In this document: piece by piece, positions 21,960 to 31,488 of the stretch
Position numbering within the stretch: the stretch's first letter is position 1
Layout: every line of letters begins with the position of its first letter
Source of the DNA: an uncultured Acidobacteriota bacterium
Lineage (GTDB): Bacteria > Acidobacteriota > Thermoanaerobaculia > Gp7-AA8
NCBI GenBank assembly: GCA_963822445.1
Contig: CAWGHO010000002.1
Span: forward strand, 960,001 to 1,024,000
Length of the DNA: 64,000 bases
Direction: 5' to 3'
Translations under genes and position numbers: made by a program
The notes under the pieces: model-generated
Database searches by the model: none
Seen by the model: the letters and a program-made list of their open reading frames with translations, nothing else
What the model was told of the DNA's origin: nothing

Positions 21960-23621
21960 ATGGACAAGTTCACCGTTGCCCGCACGCTCGATGAGATCTC
22001 CCGCTACCTCGAGCTGAGCGATCCCAAACCCTTCCGTTCCCGCGCCTTCGAAAAAGCCGCGAGAGCCATCGAAAAACTCGACGAGGACGTCATCAAACTC
22101 GTGGAATCCGGCGAGATTCTGAACGTCTCCGGCATCGGCAAGGCCACGGCGGAGATCATCAAAGAGCTCGTGACCACCGGCGAATCGCGTTATCTGGCTG
22201 AGTTGCGCGCGCAGTTTCCGCCGGGCATCTTCGAGCTCCTGCGCGTCCCCCGCCTCGGTCTCCGCAAAATCGGCCAGCTCCACGCCGACCTCGGCATCGG
22301 CTCGCTCGATCAGCTCGAAGAGGCGGCGGCCGGCGGCAAGCTCGCGAAACTGAAAGGCTTCGGGCCGAAGACCGCCGAACAGATTCTCAAAGGCATCGCG
22401 TTCGCGCGGCAGCGGGAGTCGCAGTTCCTGCTGCCGGTCGGAATCGAAGTCGGGGAGATGCTGCGCGAGCGGCTGGCCGGCATCGACGAGATCGAAGACG
22501 CGGAGATCACCGGCAGCGTGCGACGCCGCCTCGAGGTGATCCGCAACGTGAACGTCGTCATCGCCACGAAGAAGCCCGCGGCCGTCGCGGAGAAGCTCAC
22601 CAGCGTCGTGGCGAAGCTCACGCCGATCGACGAAGACACGTACAAAGGCGTCGCGCGCAACGAGGTCGACGTGCTTTTTCACCTCACCCTGCCGTCCGAA
22701 TTCGGCTCGACCGTTCTCCGCACGACCGGCAGCGCCGAATTCGTCGCAGCGTTCGGCAAGATCCCGAAAGCGAAGAAGGAACAGCACGCCTTCAAAGACG
22801 TCCCCTTCATCGAGCCGGAACGCCGCGAGTCAGCGGAGGACCTGAAGAAAAAGAAGCAGCCGAAGCTGGTGAAGCTGGAGAACATCCGCGGCACGTTTCA
22901 CGTCCACACCACCTTCTCCGACGGCCGCAACACCGTTCTGGAGATGCTCACCGCCGCGCATGGACGCGGGTGGGAGTACGTCGGCATCTCCGACCATTCG
23001 AAGGCCGCGTACTACGCCGGCGGGCTCACCGAAGAGCAGTTGAAGGAGCAGCACGCCGAGATCCGCCGTCACGAAGGCAGCGTGAAACCGATGCGGGTCT
23101 TCCGCGGCAGCGAAGTTGACATCCTCTCCGATGGGACAATGGACTACGGCGACAAGATCCTCTCGAAGTTCGACTTCGTCATCGCCTCGGTCCACTCGAA
23201 CTTCAAGACCCCGAAAGACGAGATGACCGATCGCATCCTCAAAGCCATGGACGACCCGCACGTGACCTTCCTGGGCCACCTCACCGGGCGCCTGCTGCTC
23301 TCACGCGAAGGTTACGGCGTCGACTACGACCGGATCTTCGACAAGGCAGCGGACCGCGGCGTGATGATCGAGATCAACGGCAACCCGCGCCGTCTCGACG
23401 TCGACTGGCGCCATCTGAAGAAGGCCGTCGACCGCGGCGTGATCTTCAGCATCCACCCCGACGCCCACTCGATCAGCGAATACAACGCCGTCATCACCGG
23501 CACCTGGGTCGCGCGCAAAGGCGGGCTGTCGCCGAAGCACATCTTCAACACGCGAACGGTGGAAGAGGTCGAAGAGTTTCTTGCGGCGCGTAAGAAAACG
23601 TCGGGGCCGGCGCGTGGGTGA
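21960..23621 (+). CDS. polX: DNA polymerase X family / PHP-domain protein (polymerase site degenerate)
   Basis: HhH motifs (GIGK, GFGPK), GSVRR, PHP motifs HVHTTFSDG, SDHS, HLTGR, DAHS. Confidence 0.88.
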   Translation: MDKFTVARTLDEISRYLELSDPKPFRSRAFEKAARAIEKLDEDVIKLVESGEILNVSGIGKATAEIIKELVTTGESRYLAELRAQFPPGIFELLRVPRLGLRKIGQLHADLGIGSLDQLEEAAAGGKLAKLKGFGPKTAEQILKGIAFARQRESQFLLPVGIEVGEMLRERLAGIDEIEDAEITGSVRRRLEVIRNVNVVIATKKPAAVAEKLTSVVAKLTPIDEDTYKGVARNEVDVLFHLTLPSEFGSTVLRTTGSAEFVAAFGKIPKAKKEQHAFKDVPFIEPERRESAEDLKKKKQPKLVKLENIRGTFHVHTTFSDGRNTVLEMLTAAHGRGWEYVGISDHSKAAYYAGGLTEEQLKEQHAEIRRHEGSVKPMRVFRGSEVDILSDGTMDYGDKILSKFDFVIASVHSNFKTPKDEMTDRILKAMDDPHVTFLGHLTGRLLLSREGYGVDYDRIFDKAADRGVMIEINGNPRRLDVDWRHLKKAVDRGVIFSIHPDAHSISEYNAVITGTWVARKGGLSPKHIFNTRTVEEVEEFLAARKKTSGPARG

Positions 23622-23672
23622 GCAACCTGCGCCGGCCCCTTCGAAATGAGAAAAAACAGCGCTGTCGTTTGG

Positions 23673-24348
23673 TCAGCGCTTCGCGGATACGACAATCATG
23701 AGAGCGCGGCCGGCATTCGGCTGCCGGGTCGCGCTGAGGATCACTGTCTGCCCCAGTTTCAGGTTCAGGGTGGTCTTGAGCACTTGCGTGAGCTGGTCGC
23801 CTTCCCGGCGTGACAACTTCAGGTCGCTGAGCTGGATCGAGTCGCTGGCCGGATCGTACGCACCGAACTTGAAGTCGGCGCGGTAGTTATCGAGCTCGAG
23901 GAGTCCGGCCTGTCCTTCGCTGCCGGTCACGTCCGCCGCGCCGATGTTCTCCAACTCGTTGTAGCGGAGCAGGGCCAGTTTCGGGGCGATGTCGCGAACT
24001 TCATCGGCGATCCTCGGCTCCTCACCCGCGCGGACACGGCCCGCGGAAACAAGCCGGATCGCGAGGCGGAACGGCTGCGGCGGAACGTCGAATGCCGCAA
24101 GCGCGGCGGCGATCTTCTTCAGATTCTCCGGCGTCGTCGCTGACAACGAGGCCATTGGCAGTGATGGAGACCGAGCCCTCGATGCCGCGCAGCGACTTGA
24201 TCGCCGCGGCGGCCGCTTCGGCCGGTTTGTGCTTGAACTGGAAGGTCCGCACGGAAAGGCTCTTCGCCTCGGCAGGCGCTGCATCCGCGAACGCGGGAGC
24301 CGCTGCAAGGAAGAGAGCCACAAAACAGATCATCAAACGCTTCGTCAT
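23673..24348 (-). pseudogene. Secreted protein with secretin-N-like domain, +1 frameshift near 24135 (possibly a read error)
   Basis: Signal peptide and VRTFQFKH in one frame, TPENLKKI..FDVPP in the next; removing one G restores LVVSDTPENL. Confidence 0.65.
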
Positions 24349-24869
24349 AAGTCCGCCGGGAGGTTTTCGTCGAAGATCATCACGATCTTCACGTCGTCGC
24401 CGGCTTGCTGAGACGGCACCTCAACGATCGTTGCATCAGGCGAGTCATACGTCTCTACTGTTGCTTTAGTGATTAGGGCTTTCGTCGTAAGTACTTTCGG
24501 AGTGACATGCGCGACCTGCGTCGGAACCGCGGCCGGAGCAGATTCGTATCGGTAAGCGATCGTGGCGCCGGTAACCGTAGCGGCGATCGTCGCCGCAATG
24601 GCCAGCCGGCGGGTGATGCTCATCCGCGGCCGCGCTTCGATCGTCGTCTCGGCGCCGCGCACGCGCACCTGCTGCATGACGTCGTCGACGAAAGCGTCGA
24701 TGCCGCCAGGCGGAATCATGTCCCCGCCGCCAAGAGCGCGGAACATGACGTCGGGATCGATCGTCGCCGCGAAATCGAGGCAGCGGTCGCAGGTGCGGAT
24801 GTGATCGAGCAGCACCGCGTCGTCAGTCGACGCATGAAAGCGGGTCCGGAACGCGTCGCAGGAGATCAT
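24345..24869 (-). CDS. Putative zinc-binding anti-sigma factor
   Basis: DHIRTCDRC, single TM, overlaps the ECF stop. Confidence 0.75.
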   Translation of the reverse strand: MISCDAFRTRFHASTDDAVLLDHIRTCDRCLDFAATIDPDVMFRALGGGDMIPPGGIDAFVDDVMQQVRVRGAETTIEARPRMSITRRLAIAATIAATVTGATIAYRYESAPAAVPTQVAHVTPKVLTTKALITKATVETYDSPDATIVEVPSQQAGDDVKIVMIFDENLPADL

Positions 24870-25483
24870 CGCTGCCTCCAGAGCTGCGCGTATTCGGGAT
24901 AGCGCTTCTGCAATTGCTGCTGCATCAGCTTGCGGGCGTTGAAGAGGTGATTGCGGACGGTCGACTCGCGGCAGCCGAGGATCTTTGCGATCTCGGCGGA
25001 CGGGAGATCTTCCATCTGGTTCATCACGAAGATGGTCTTCTGCTTGGGCGAGAGGACGTCGGAGATCTCGTTGAAGACGTTCTCGACTTCCTTCCGCTGT
25101 ACGACCACACCCTGCTCGGCGTCCGCGGAGGTCTTGACCAGGCGGAGGTTGGAGTTCACGGCGTTGTCGCGCGACTGCTTGTTGCGCATGAAGTCGATGG
25201 CCACGTTCGTCACCATCCGGTACAGCCAGGTGTCGAACGCGTACGCGGGGTCGTACTTCTCGAGGTTCTCCCAGAGCTTGAGAAACACGAGCTGGGAGAT
25301 GTCCTTGGCATCCTCGGAGTTCCCGATGATCCGGTAGCAGAGCGCGTAGACCTTGGAGGTCTTGCGGCGGACGAGCGTCTCGAACGCATCGGCGTCGCCG
25401 CTCCGGATCGTCTGCACGAGCTGGCGATCGTCGGGCTCGACGGTAGGGGTCGTCGGGATCATCAGGCGGAGTTCCGCGGACAT
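24866..25483 (-). CDS. ECF sigma-70 factor
   Basis: DAKDISQLVF, FDTWLYRMVTN, EIAKILGCRESTVRNHL. Confidence 0.93.
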   Translation of the reverse strand: MSAELRLMIPTTPTVEPDDRQLVQTIRSGDADAFETLVRRKTSKVYALCYRIIGNSEDAKDISQLVFLKLWENLEKYDPAYAFDTWLYRMVTNVAIDFMRNKQSRDNAVNSNLRLVKTSADAEQGVVVQRKEVENVFNEISDVLSPKQKTIFVMNQMEDLPSAEIAKILGCRESTVRNHLFNARKLMQQQLQKRYPEYAQLWRQR

Positions 25484-25540
25484 GTTGCCCTAAGTACGGG
25501 GGCGAGTTTGGAAACGTCTAGTTCGGCTGCTGCGCTTCCC

Positions 25541-25611
25541 GTTACGGGGTTACGAGGTTACGGGGTTCCGGAGTGGAACCTCGAAACCTCGAAACCCCGG
25601 AACCCCGTAAC
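25541..25611. repeat. Inverted tandem 8-mer hairpin (GTTACGGG-type)
   Basis: GTTACGGG GTTACGAG GTTACGGG GTTCCG ... GAAACCTC GAAACCCC GGAACCCC GTAAC; same unit family as 10303. Confidence 0.88.
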
Positions 25612-25620
25612 TGCTACAAT
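25612..25620 (+). promoter_or_regulatory. Extended -10 (TGcTACAAT) 9 nt before the purD ATG
   Basis: Near-consensus TGnTATAAT; no Shine-Dalgarno sequence. Confidence 0.6.
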
Positions 25621-25629
25621 CCGCAGAAC

Positions 25630-26940
25630 ATGCGAGTTCTGGTCGTCGGTCAGGGTGCGCGTGAGCATGCCCTCTGCTGGAAGCTCAAGCAATCCCCTCT
25701 GGTTCGAGAGATTTACGCGGCACCCGGCAATGCCGGAATCGATTCGGTCGCCTCCTCGGTCCCGATCGGGGTCGCCGACATCATCGAGCTGGCCGATTTC
25801 GCCGAAAAGCTGAAGATGGACCTGACCATCGTCGGCCCCGAGCTCCCCCTGACCCTGGGCATCGTCGACGAGTTCCAGAAACGTGGGCTTCCCATCTTCG
25901 GCCCGACCCGTCTGGCCGCCGAGCTCGAGGGCTCGAAGGTCTTCTCCAAGGAATTCATGAAGAAGTACGGGATCCCGACCGCGAACTCGGTCACCGCCAG
26001 CTCTGCGGACGAGGCCAAGGCTGCGCTGAAGGAGATCAAGCTGCCGGCCGTCCTCAAGGTCGACGGGTTGGCGGCCGGCAAGGGCGTCATCATCGCGGAG
26101 ACGAAGGAAGAGGCCGCGGAGTTCTTCAACACCGTCTTCGAGGAGAAGCGCTTCGGCAACGCCGCGACGCGGATCCTGGTCGAAGAGTTCCTGACCGGCG
26201 AGGAAGTCTCGTTCATGGTCATCACCGACGGGAAGAAGTTCCTCCCGCTCGCGCCGGCCAAGGACTACAAGAAGGCTTTCGACGGCGACACCGGCCCGAA
26301 CACCGGCGGCATGGGCGCTCACTCGCCCGCCGTCGTCCTCGGCGGCGAGACCGCGGCCGAGATCATGAAGTCGGTCATCATCCCCACGATTCAGGGCATG
26401 ACCGCGGAAGGCCGTCCGTACACCGGCGTGCTCTACGCCGGCCTGATGCTCACCGCGAACGGTCCCAAGGTCCTCGAATACAACTGCCGCTTCGGCGATC
26501 CCGAAACGCAGGTGCAGATGCTCCGGCTCGAGGACGATCTCGCCGACGTCTGCCTCCGCGTCGCCCGCGGCAACCTCGGCGACATGAAGGCGCTGAACTG
26601 GAAGAAGGAAGCCGCGGCCTGCGTGGTCATCGCCGTCGACGGCTACCCGGACGATCATCCCAAGGGTCAGGAAGTCGTGTTCGATCCGATCGACGACGAC
26701 GCCGTGGTCGTCTTCCACGCCGGCGTGGTCAAGAAAGGTGGGAAGTTCGTGAATCAGGCCGGGCGCGTGGTCAGCGTCTGCGCTCGCGCGGCTTCTCTGT
26801 CCGAGGCTCTGGCGAAGGCGTACCAGGCGGCGCCGAAAGTGCGGTTCGAAGGCGCGCGTTACCGGCGCGACATCGGCTACCGCGCCCTCGAAAGCGTTCA
26901 ATCCGCACGCGAGAGCGGGATATCCTTCCGCCCCGCATGA
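25630..26940 (+). CDS. purD: Phosphoribosylamine-glycine ligase
   Basis: GAREHAL, APGNAG, LEGSK, GLAAGKGV, GPNTGGMG, RFGDPETQ. Confidence 0.97.
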   Translation: MRVLVVGQGAREHALCWKLKQSPLVREIYAAPGNAGIDSVASSVPIGVADIIELADFAEKLKMDLTIVGPELPLTLGIVDEFQKRGLPIFGPTRLAAELEGSKVFSKEFMKKYGIPTANSVTASSADEAKAALKEIKLPAVLKVDGLAAGKGVIIAETKEEAAEFFNTVFEEKRFGNAATRILVEEFLTGEEVSFMVITDGKKFLPLAPAKDYKKAFDGDTGPNTGGMGAHSPAVVLGGETAAEIMKSVIIPTIQGMTAEGRPYTGVLYAGLMLTANGPKVLEYNCRFGDPETQVQMLRLEDDLADVCLRVARGNLGDMKALNWKKEAAACVVIAVDGYPDDHPKGQEVVFDPIDDDAVVVFHAGVVKKGGKFVNQAGRVVSVCARAASLSEALAKAYQAAPKVRFEGARYRRDIGYRALESVQSARESGISFRPA

Positions 26941-27443
26941 CGCAGACGAACAAACCCTGGGTTCTCATTGTGATGGGCAGCGACTCCGACGCGGAGACGA
27001 TGTCCCAGGCCGCCGCCGCGCTCGACGAGGTCGGCATCCCCTACGAATTCACCGTCGCCTCCGCGCACCGCAGTCCTGAGCGCGCGAAAGCGATCATCAC
27101 CGACTCCGAGGCGAACGGCGCCGCGGTGTTCATCGCCGGCGCCGGCATGGCCGCGCATCTGCCCGGCGTGGTGGCGTCGTTCACCACCAAGCCGGTGATC
27201 GGCGTCCCGCTCGCGAGCGGCGCGCTGCAAGGGCTCGACGCGTTGTACGCGATCGTGCAGATGCCGCCGGGAATCCCTGTTGCCAGCGTCGCGATCGGCG
27301 GCGCACGCAACGCGGGGATCCTCGCCGCGCAGATCATCGCCACATCGGACTCGGAGGTTGCCGCGCGATTGAAAGCGCAGCGCGTGTCGATGGCCGAGGC
27401 GGTGGCGACGAAGTCGAAGAAAGTGGAGAAGTCGACGCGCTGA
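26937..27443 (+). CDS. purE: N5-CAIR mutase
   Basis: MGSDSD, SAHRSP, AGMAAHLPG, VQMPPGIPV. Confidence 0.97.
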   Translation: MTQTNKPWVLIVMGSDSDAETMSQAAAALDEVGIPYEFTVASAHRSPERAKAIITDSEANGAAVFIAGAGMAAHLPGVVASFTTKPVIGVPLASGALQGLDALYAIVQMPPGIPVASVAIGGARNAGILAAQIIATSDSEVAARLKAQRVSMAEAVATKSKKVEKSTR

Positions 27444-27451
27444 GGTGCCCG

Positions 27452-28366
27452 ATGGCGCACCATCACCATCATCACGACCACAGTCACTCGGTCTCGCGCA
27501 AGCTGACCATCGCCACGGGCGCGAACCTGCTCGTGGTCGTCGCCGAACTGGCCGTCGGTTTCTACGCCGGCTCCCTGGCCCTCCTCGGCGACGCGCTCCA
27601 CAACCTCACCGACGCTCTTGCTCTCGTCATCGCATTGGTCGCGGTGCGGCTGGAGCGGCGCGCACCGACCGCCGAAAAATCATTCGGGTACCAGCGCGCG
27701 GGCGTGCTCGCCGCGTTCATCAACGCGGGCATGCTCATGGCCTTCACGCTGCTGCTGTTCCGCGAGGCGTACGAACGTCTGCAAACGGCGCACTCCGTCG
27801 AGCCGAACCTGATGCTGATCACCGCCGCGGTGGCGCTGCTCGTCAACACCTGCACGGCGCTTTCGATCCGTCACGAGAGCCAGCACGACGTGAACATCCG
27901 CGGCGCATTCGTGCACATGGTCGGCGACGCGGTCTCGTCGGCAGGCATCATCGTGGCGGCGCTGCTGATCCGCGCCACGGGCGCGCCGCAGTGGGATGCG
28001 ATCATCACGATCTTCATCGGCCTGCTGATTCTCTGGAGCAGCTACGGCGTGCTGAAGGAATCAGTGAATCTGCTCCTCGAAGGCACACCCTCGGGCATCG
28101 ATCCGGAGGAAGTCACCGAGGCCTTGGGACGCATCGACGGGATTCACGGCGTTCATCACCTGCACATCTGGGCGCTCGGACCTTCGAGTCCCGCGCTGTC
28201 GGCACATCTCATGGTCGGCGACGTGCCGGTGAAGACGACCGAGGCGTTACGCGATCAGGTGACGGAGATGCTGGCGCACGAGTACCGCATCGCGCACTGC
28301 ACCATTCAGTTCGAGTTCACCGAGTGTGCGCCGGACGATCCGTTCTGTGTGCCGTTCAAGCACTAA
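27452..28366 (+). CDS. Cation diffusion facilitator (CzcD/ZitB-like)
   Basis: His-rich N-terminus, DALHNLTD, HMVGD, HHLHIW. Confidence 0.93.
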   Translation: MAHHHHHHDHSHSVSRKLTIATGANLLVVVAELAVGFYAGSLALLGDALHNLTDALALVIALVAVRLERRAPTAEKSFGYQRAGVLAAFINAGMLMAFTLLLFREAYERLQTAHSVEPNLMLITAAVALLVNTCTALSIRHESQHDVNIRGAFVHMVGDAVSSAGIIVAALLIRATGAPQWDAIITIFIGLLILWSSYGVLKESVNLLLEGTPSGIDPEEVTEALGRIDGIHGVHHLHIWALGPSSPALSAHLMVGDVPVKTTEALRDQVTEMLAHEYRIAHCTIQFEFTECAPDDPFCVPFKH

Positions 28367-30069
28367 CGCGGCAACACGTACGAATCGGGATACGTGAACG
28401 TCACCACCGCCCGCGTCACGCCGTTCTGGAGCGCGATGGCGAGGTTCGGCGACATCACGTAAAACGGGCGCAGGTCGATCTGGTTGGAGATCAGCAGCGT
28501 CCCCGAAGTCATGCAGAGATCGCCAACGCGATGCACGTTCTCCAGCGGTTTTTTCGGCCGCATGGTCGTGTAGAGCCGGTTCACTTCGTCGCGCAGCTCG
28601 CCATGGGGGCGCTGCTGGTAGACCTTGTTCAGCGACGCCAGCGACAACTCTTCGCGCGACACGCGGGACTTGTCGTCGTACGAGTACGCGATGGTCGCCG
28701 CCCAGTCGGTCTTCGGCGCGCCCTCGGCGAGGAAGCCTTCGTAACCGCCTTTGATCTTGACGATGCTCAGCGCGTCGTTCGCGTACTCGTAATCGGCGGT
28801 CATCGACACGAAATGATTGCAGGCCGCGGTGTTCTGATACTCGACCTGCTGTTGCGTGATCCTGCCGGACGCATCGTACGTGTAGCGATTCGTGTAGCGC
28901 TGCGCGTCGATGATCAGATCCTCGCGATCGAGCAGCCACACACCCTTACCTGCTTCGGGGTGCGCGACGTAGGTGAGGATCTCCCCGCCGGTGGTCGACG
29001 AGACTTTCTCCAGATACTCGGCGCCTTGCGTCAGGCGCACCTGATTGCCCTGGCGATCGGCCCAGTTCTGCAGCACATCGCCCATGTACGTCCACCCCTC
29101 GGCACGCCGCGCATCCTGAACCGCCTTCTGACGCGCGGCCGTGTAGCGAAGCGACTCCATCGCCGTCCCGCCCTTGTTCATGCAGGGAAGGATGTCGTTG
29201 CGATTGAAGCGCTCGTCGGAGAAGTAGGTCGCGCGCGTTGCCGAGGCGCCTTCGACGCACGGCCGCGAGTTCCAGACCGGCGATTTGACGAGGTACGGGC
29301 CATGCCAGCAGCGGTGACACCAGGTCGCGTCGTCGTCGAGCTTGTGACCGCAGAACGAGCAGACGATCTTGGTGCGCATGTCGTCGAGCTCGCGCTGCAC
29401 CGCGTACACGTGCTCGTCGATGCTGCCCTTCTTTTCGACGTCGGTCTCGAGCTGCGCGTAGCGCCGGTAACGCTCGATCGCGGTGGCCAGCTCTCCCTGT
29501 TTCTCGAGCACGAGGGCCTGGTTGTAAACCGCGGCAGCATCGTTCGGCCGCAGCTCCTCGGCCTGCTTGAACAGCCGCAACGCCTCGGCCAGCTCGCCGC
29601 GCCCGTAAACGAACCGCGCGCGGTTGAAGAGGTCCGCGTACTCCTGATCGGCCTGACGTTTCTTCTGAAGCTCGCGCTGGAAATCGAGCTCGAACTGCAA
29701 CTTCGCCATCAGCGCTTTCTCGGGACCGTTCGGGAAGAGCCGCTGGTACTTTTCGACGGCGACCTGCGCATCGACATACCGGCCGGCGCGCGTGAGCACG
29801 ACCGCCATGTTGTAGACAACCGCGGATTGATCGGGTTTGAGCGCGTCCGCTTTCGCCAGATGCTCGTATGCCGACGAGTACTCGCCCATTTCCGCGAACT
29901 TCTTGCCGAAGAAGACCGCTTTCGCGAATTCGTCATCGGACGGAACCGGGACGGGCTCCTGCTGGGCGAGCGCCGCAATGCAGAATGCAGAATGCAGAAT
30001 GCAGAATGCGACAACGGCAAAGGCGTTCCTGATTCTGCATTCTGCATTCTGCATTCTGCATTTCCTCAT
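28363..30069 (-). CDS. Secreted TPR protein with zinc-ribbon-like motif and beta-rich C-terminal domain
   Basis: ATG overlaps the upstream stop; signal peptide ending ALA-QQ; TPRs; CSFC...CHRC; YD-like strands. Confidence 0.8.
   Translation of the reverse strand: MRKCRMQNAECRIRNAFAVVAFCILHSAFCIAALAQQEPVPVPSDDEFAKAVFFGKKFAEMGEYSSAYEHLAKADALKPDQSAVVYNMAVVLTRAGRYVDAQVAVEKYQRLFPNGPEKALMAKLQFELDFQRELQKKRQADQEYADLFNRARFVYGRGELAEALRLFKQAEELRPNDAAAVYNQALVLEKQGELATAIERYRRYAQLETDVEKKGSIDEHVYAVQRELDDMRTKIVCSFCGHKLDDDATWCHRCWHGPYLVKSPVWNSRPCVEGASATRATYFSDERFNRNDILPCMNKGGTAMESLRYTAARQKAVQDARRAEGWTYMGDVLQNWADRQGNQVRLTQGAEYLEKVSSTTGGEILTYVAHPEAGKGVWLLDREDLIIDAQRYTNRYTYDASGRITQQQVEYQNTAACNHFVSMTADYEYANDALSIVKIKGGYEGFLAEGAPKTDWAATIAYSYDDKSRVSREELSLASLNKVYQQRPHGELRDEVNRLYTTMRPKKPLENVHRVGDLCMTSGTLLISNQIDLRPFYVMSPNLAIALQNGVTRAVVTFTYPDSYVLPR
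29977..30063. repeat. Inverted tandem 7-mer hairpin (AATGCAG / CTGCATT) inside a signal-peptide coding region
   Basis: 4-5 perfect units, about 22-nt spacer, 4 perfect inverted units. Confidence 0.92.
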
Positions 30070-31389
30070 CGCAAAAATCCCTCGACGACCGTCGACAACC
30101 ACAGCCGCTGATCCTCGGTCGGCTGCGTCTGGGCGAGCACGAGATACAACGCGCGCTTCTTCTGTTCCGGCGAGAACCGGCCGGTCGTGTCGCGCAACGC
30201 GCGTTCCGGCGCGGCGGCCACGTCGGCCTCGATCTCCATGATCACGTCGGCCGCATCCTGCGGCGCCCAATGCGGCTTGATCCCTTCGCCGAACAGCTTG
30301 CCGATGACCTCCAGCCGCTCGGCTTCGCTCTCCGCTGCACGCGTTGCCGCGGCGAGCCTGCTGCGGTTCCCGGAGCCTTCGATCAACAGGCGCAGGTTCG
30401 ACAGCAACTGGATGCGCTGCATGCACGCCTCGAAGATCTTCGTCTTGAGGTTTTCGTCGCTGATCACCGCCGACGCCTTGAGGACGTTGGTGATGCGCTG
30501 GGTCTCGTAGCTGATGAATCGCTCCGCCGTCTCCTGCGCGCTCAGCGAGTCTTCGTTGTTCTGCTCGATCTCGTTCGAGTCCGCAACCGTGGACTGCGAG
30601 GGTTGCGGATCGAGATCCGGTGCCGCCGGCACCTCCACAACGGTCTCCGAGATCTGCGGTTCGGGCCCGGGCGAGGTAATCGGCGCGTTCGGGTCGGCGT
30701 CCAGCACGTTGGGCGTCTCCGCAACCACGGGTGCCGGCGGAGGCGCGGTTCCGATCTCCATCAGTGGAAGATCGAGCGCCGCGACCGTGGGCTTGCTCGT
30801 GTCGATGGTCTTCGTCGCCCGCAGCTCGTCGGTCGAGGTCGCCGCGGCGACAGGCGCGGACTGCGGCATCGGCACGAGCTTCGGCCCCGACAGAAGCGGC
30901 GTCGACCGGCGGATCGGCGTAGAGACCGCGGATGAGTGGCGAATCGGTGGGAAGCTTGTTGTCGATGAGCCGCTCGCGGACGCGCAGCCGCGTCTCTTCG
31001 GCGTCGCGCAACTGCAGCGTCCGCTGCGCTTCCGGCAGATAGCTCTGGCTGGACCGGTCGTTGGTCATGTCGCAGTGACACGGTCCGAACCGGTCGTTCT
31101 GATACTGCTCCTGCTGTTTCGTCACGCGGAAGAACTCGGCGACGGCGAGGTTCGCGGCGACCTGAACCTCACGCGCGCGCTCACATGCGTTCTGCGTCGC
31201 GTACGGCGTTCCCGCGGTGACGTCGACGAACTGCTTCGTGTCCGGGCGGTACATCTGGACGTGAAAGTGGAAGGCGTCGCAGGCCTTGCCGGACGGCGCT
31301 CCGGCGCAAACCAGCCCCTGCTGCGCGGAGGCAGTGCCGGCCGCCAGGAGGAGCGCGGCGAGGAGCATGAGGGGGTATCGGGATCGCAT
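30066..31389 (-). pseudogene. Secreted Cys-containing hypothetical protein, +1 frameshift near 30905 (possibly a read error)
   Basis: Signal peptide MRSRYPLMLL..; N half is in the 28363 frame and C half is ORF 30066-30875; removing one G restores YADPPSTPLLSGPKLVPMP. Confidence 0.7.
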
Positions 31390-31488
31390 GAGGCGCTGAA
31401 CGGTCGCGTGATTATAACGAGCCGAGGTAAACGAACGGTTCAACGCGGGCGTCTGTCGGTCGTATTGATCGCGAAAGGAAAACACGAC

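Noticed and set aside
27445-30111. Long alternative-frame and antisense ORFs (also 85-2187, 311-2413, 57546-59228 and many more)
   Set aside because: Arg/Ala-rich shadows of motif-supported genes, expected in high-GC DNA.
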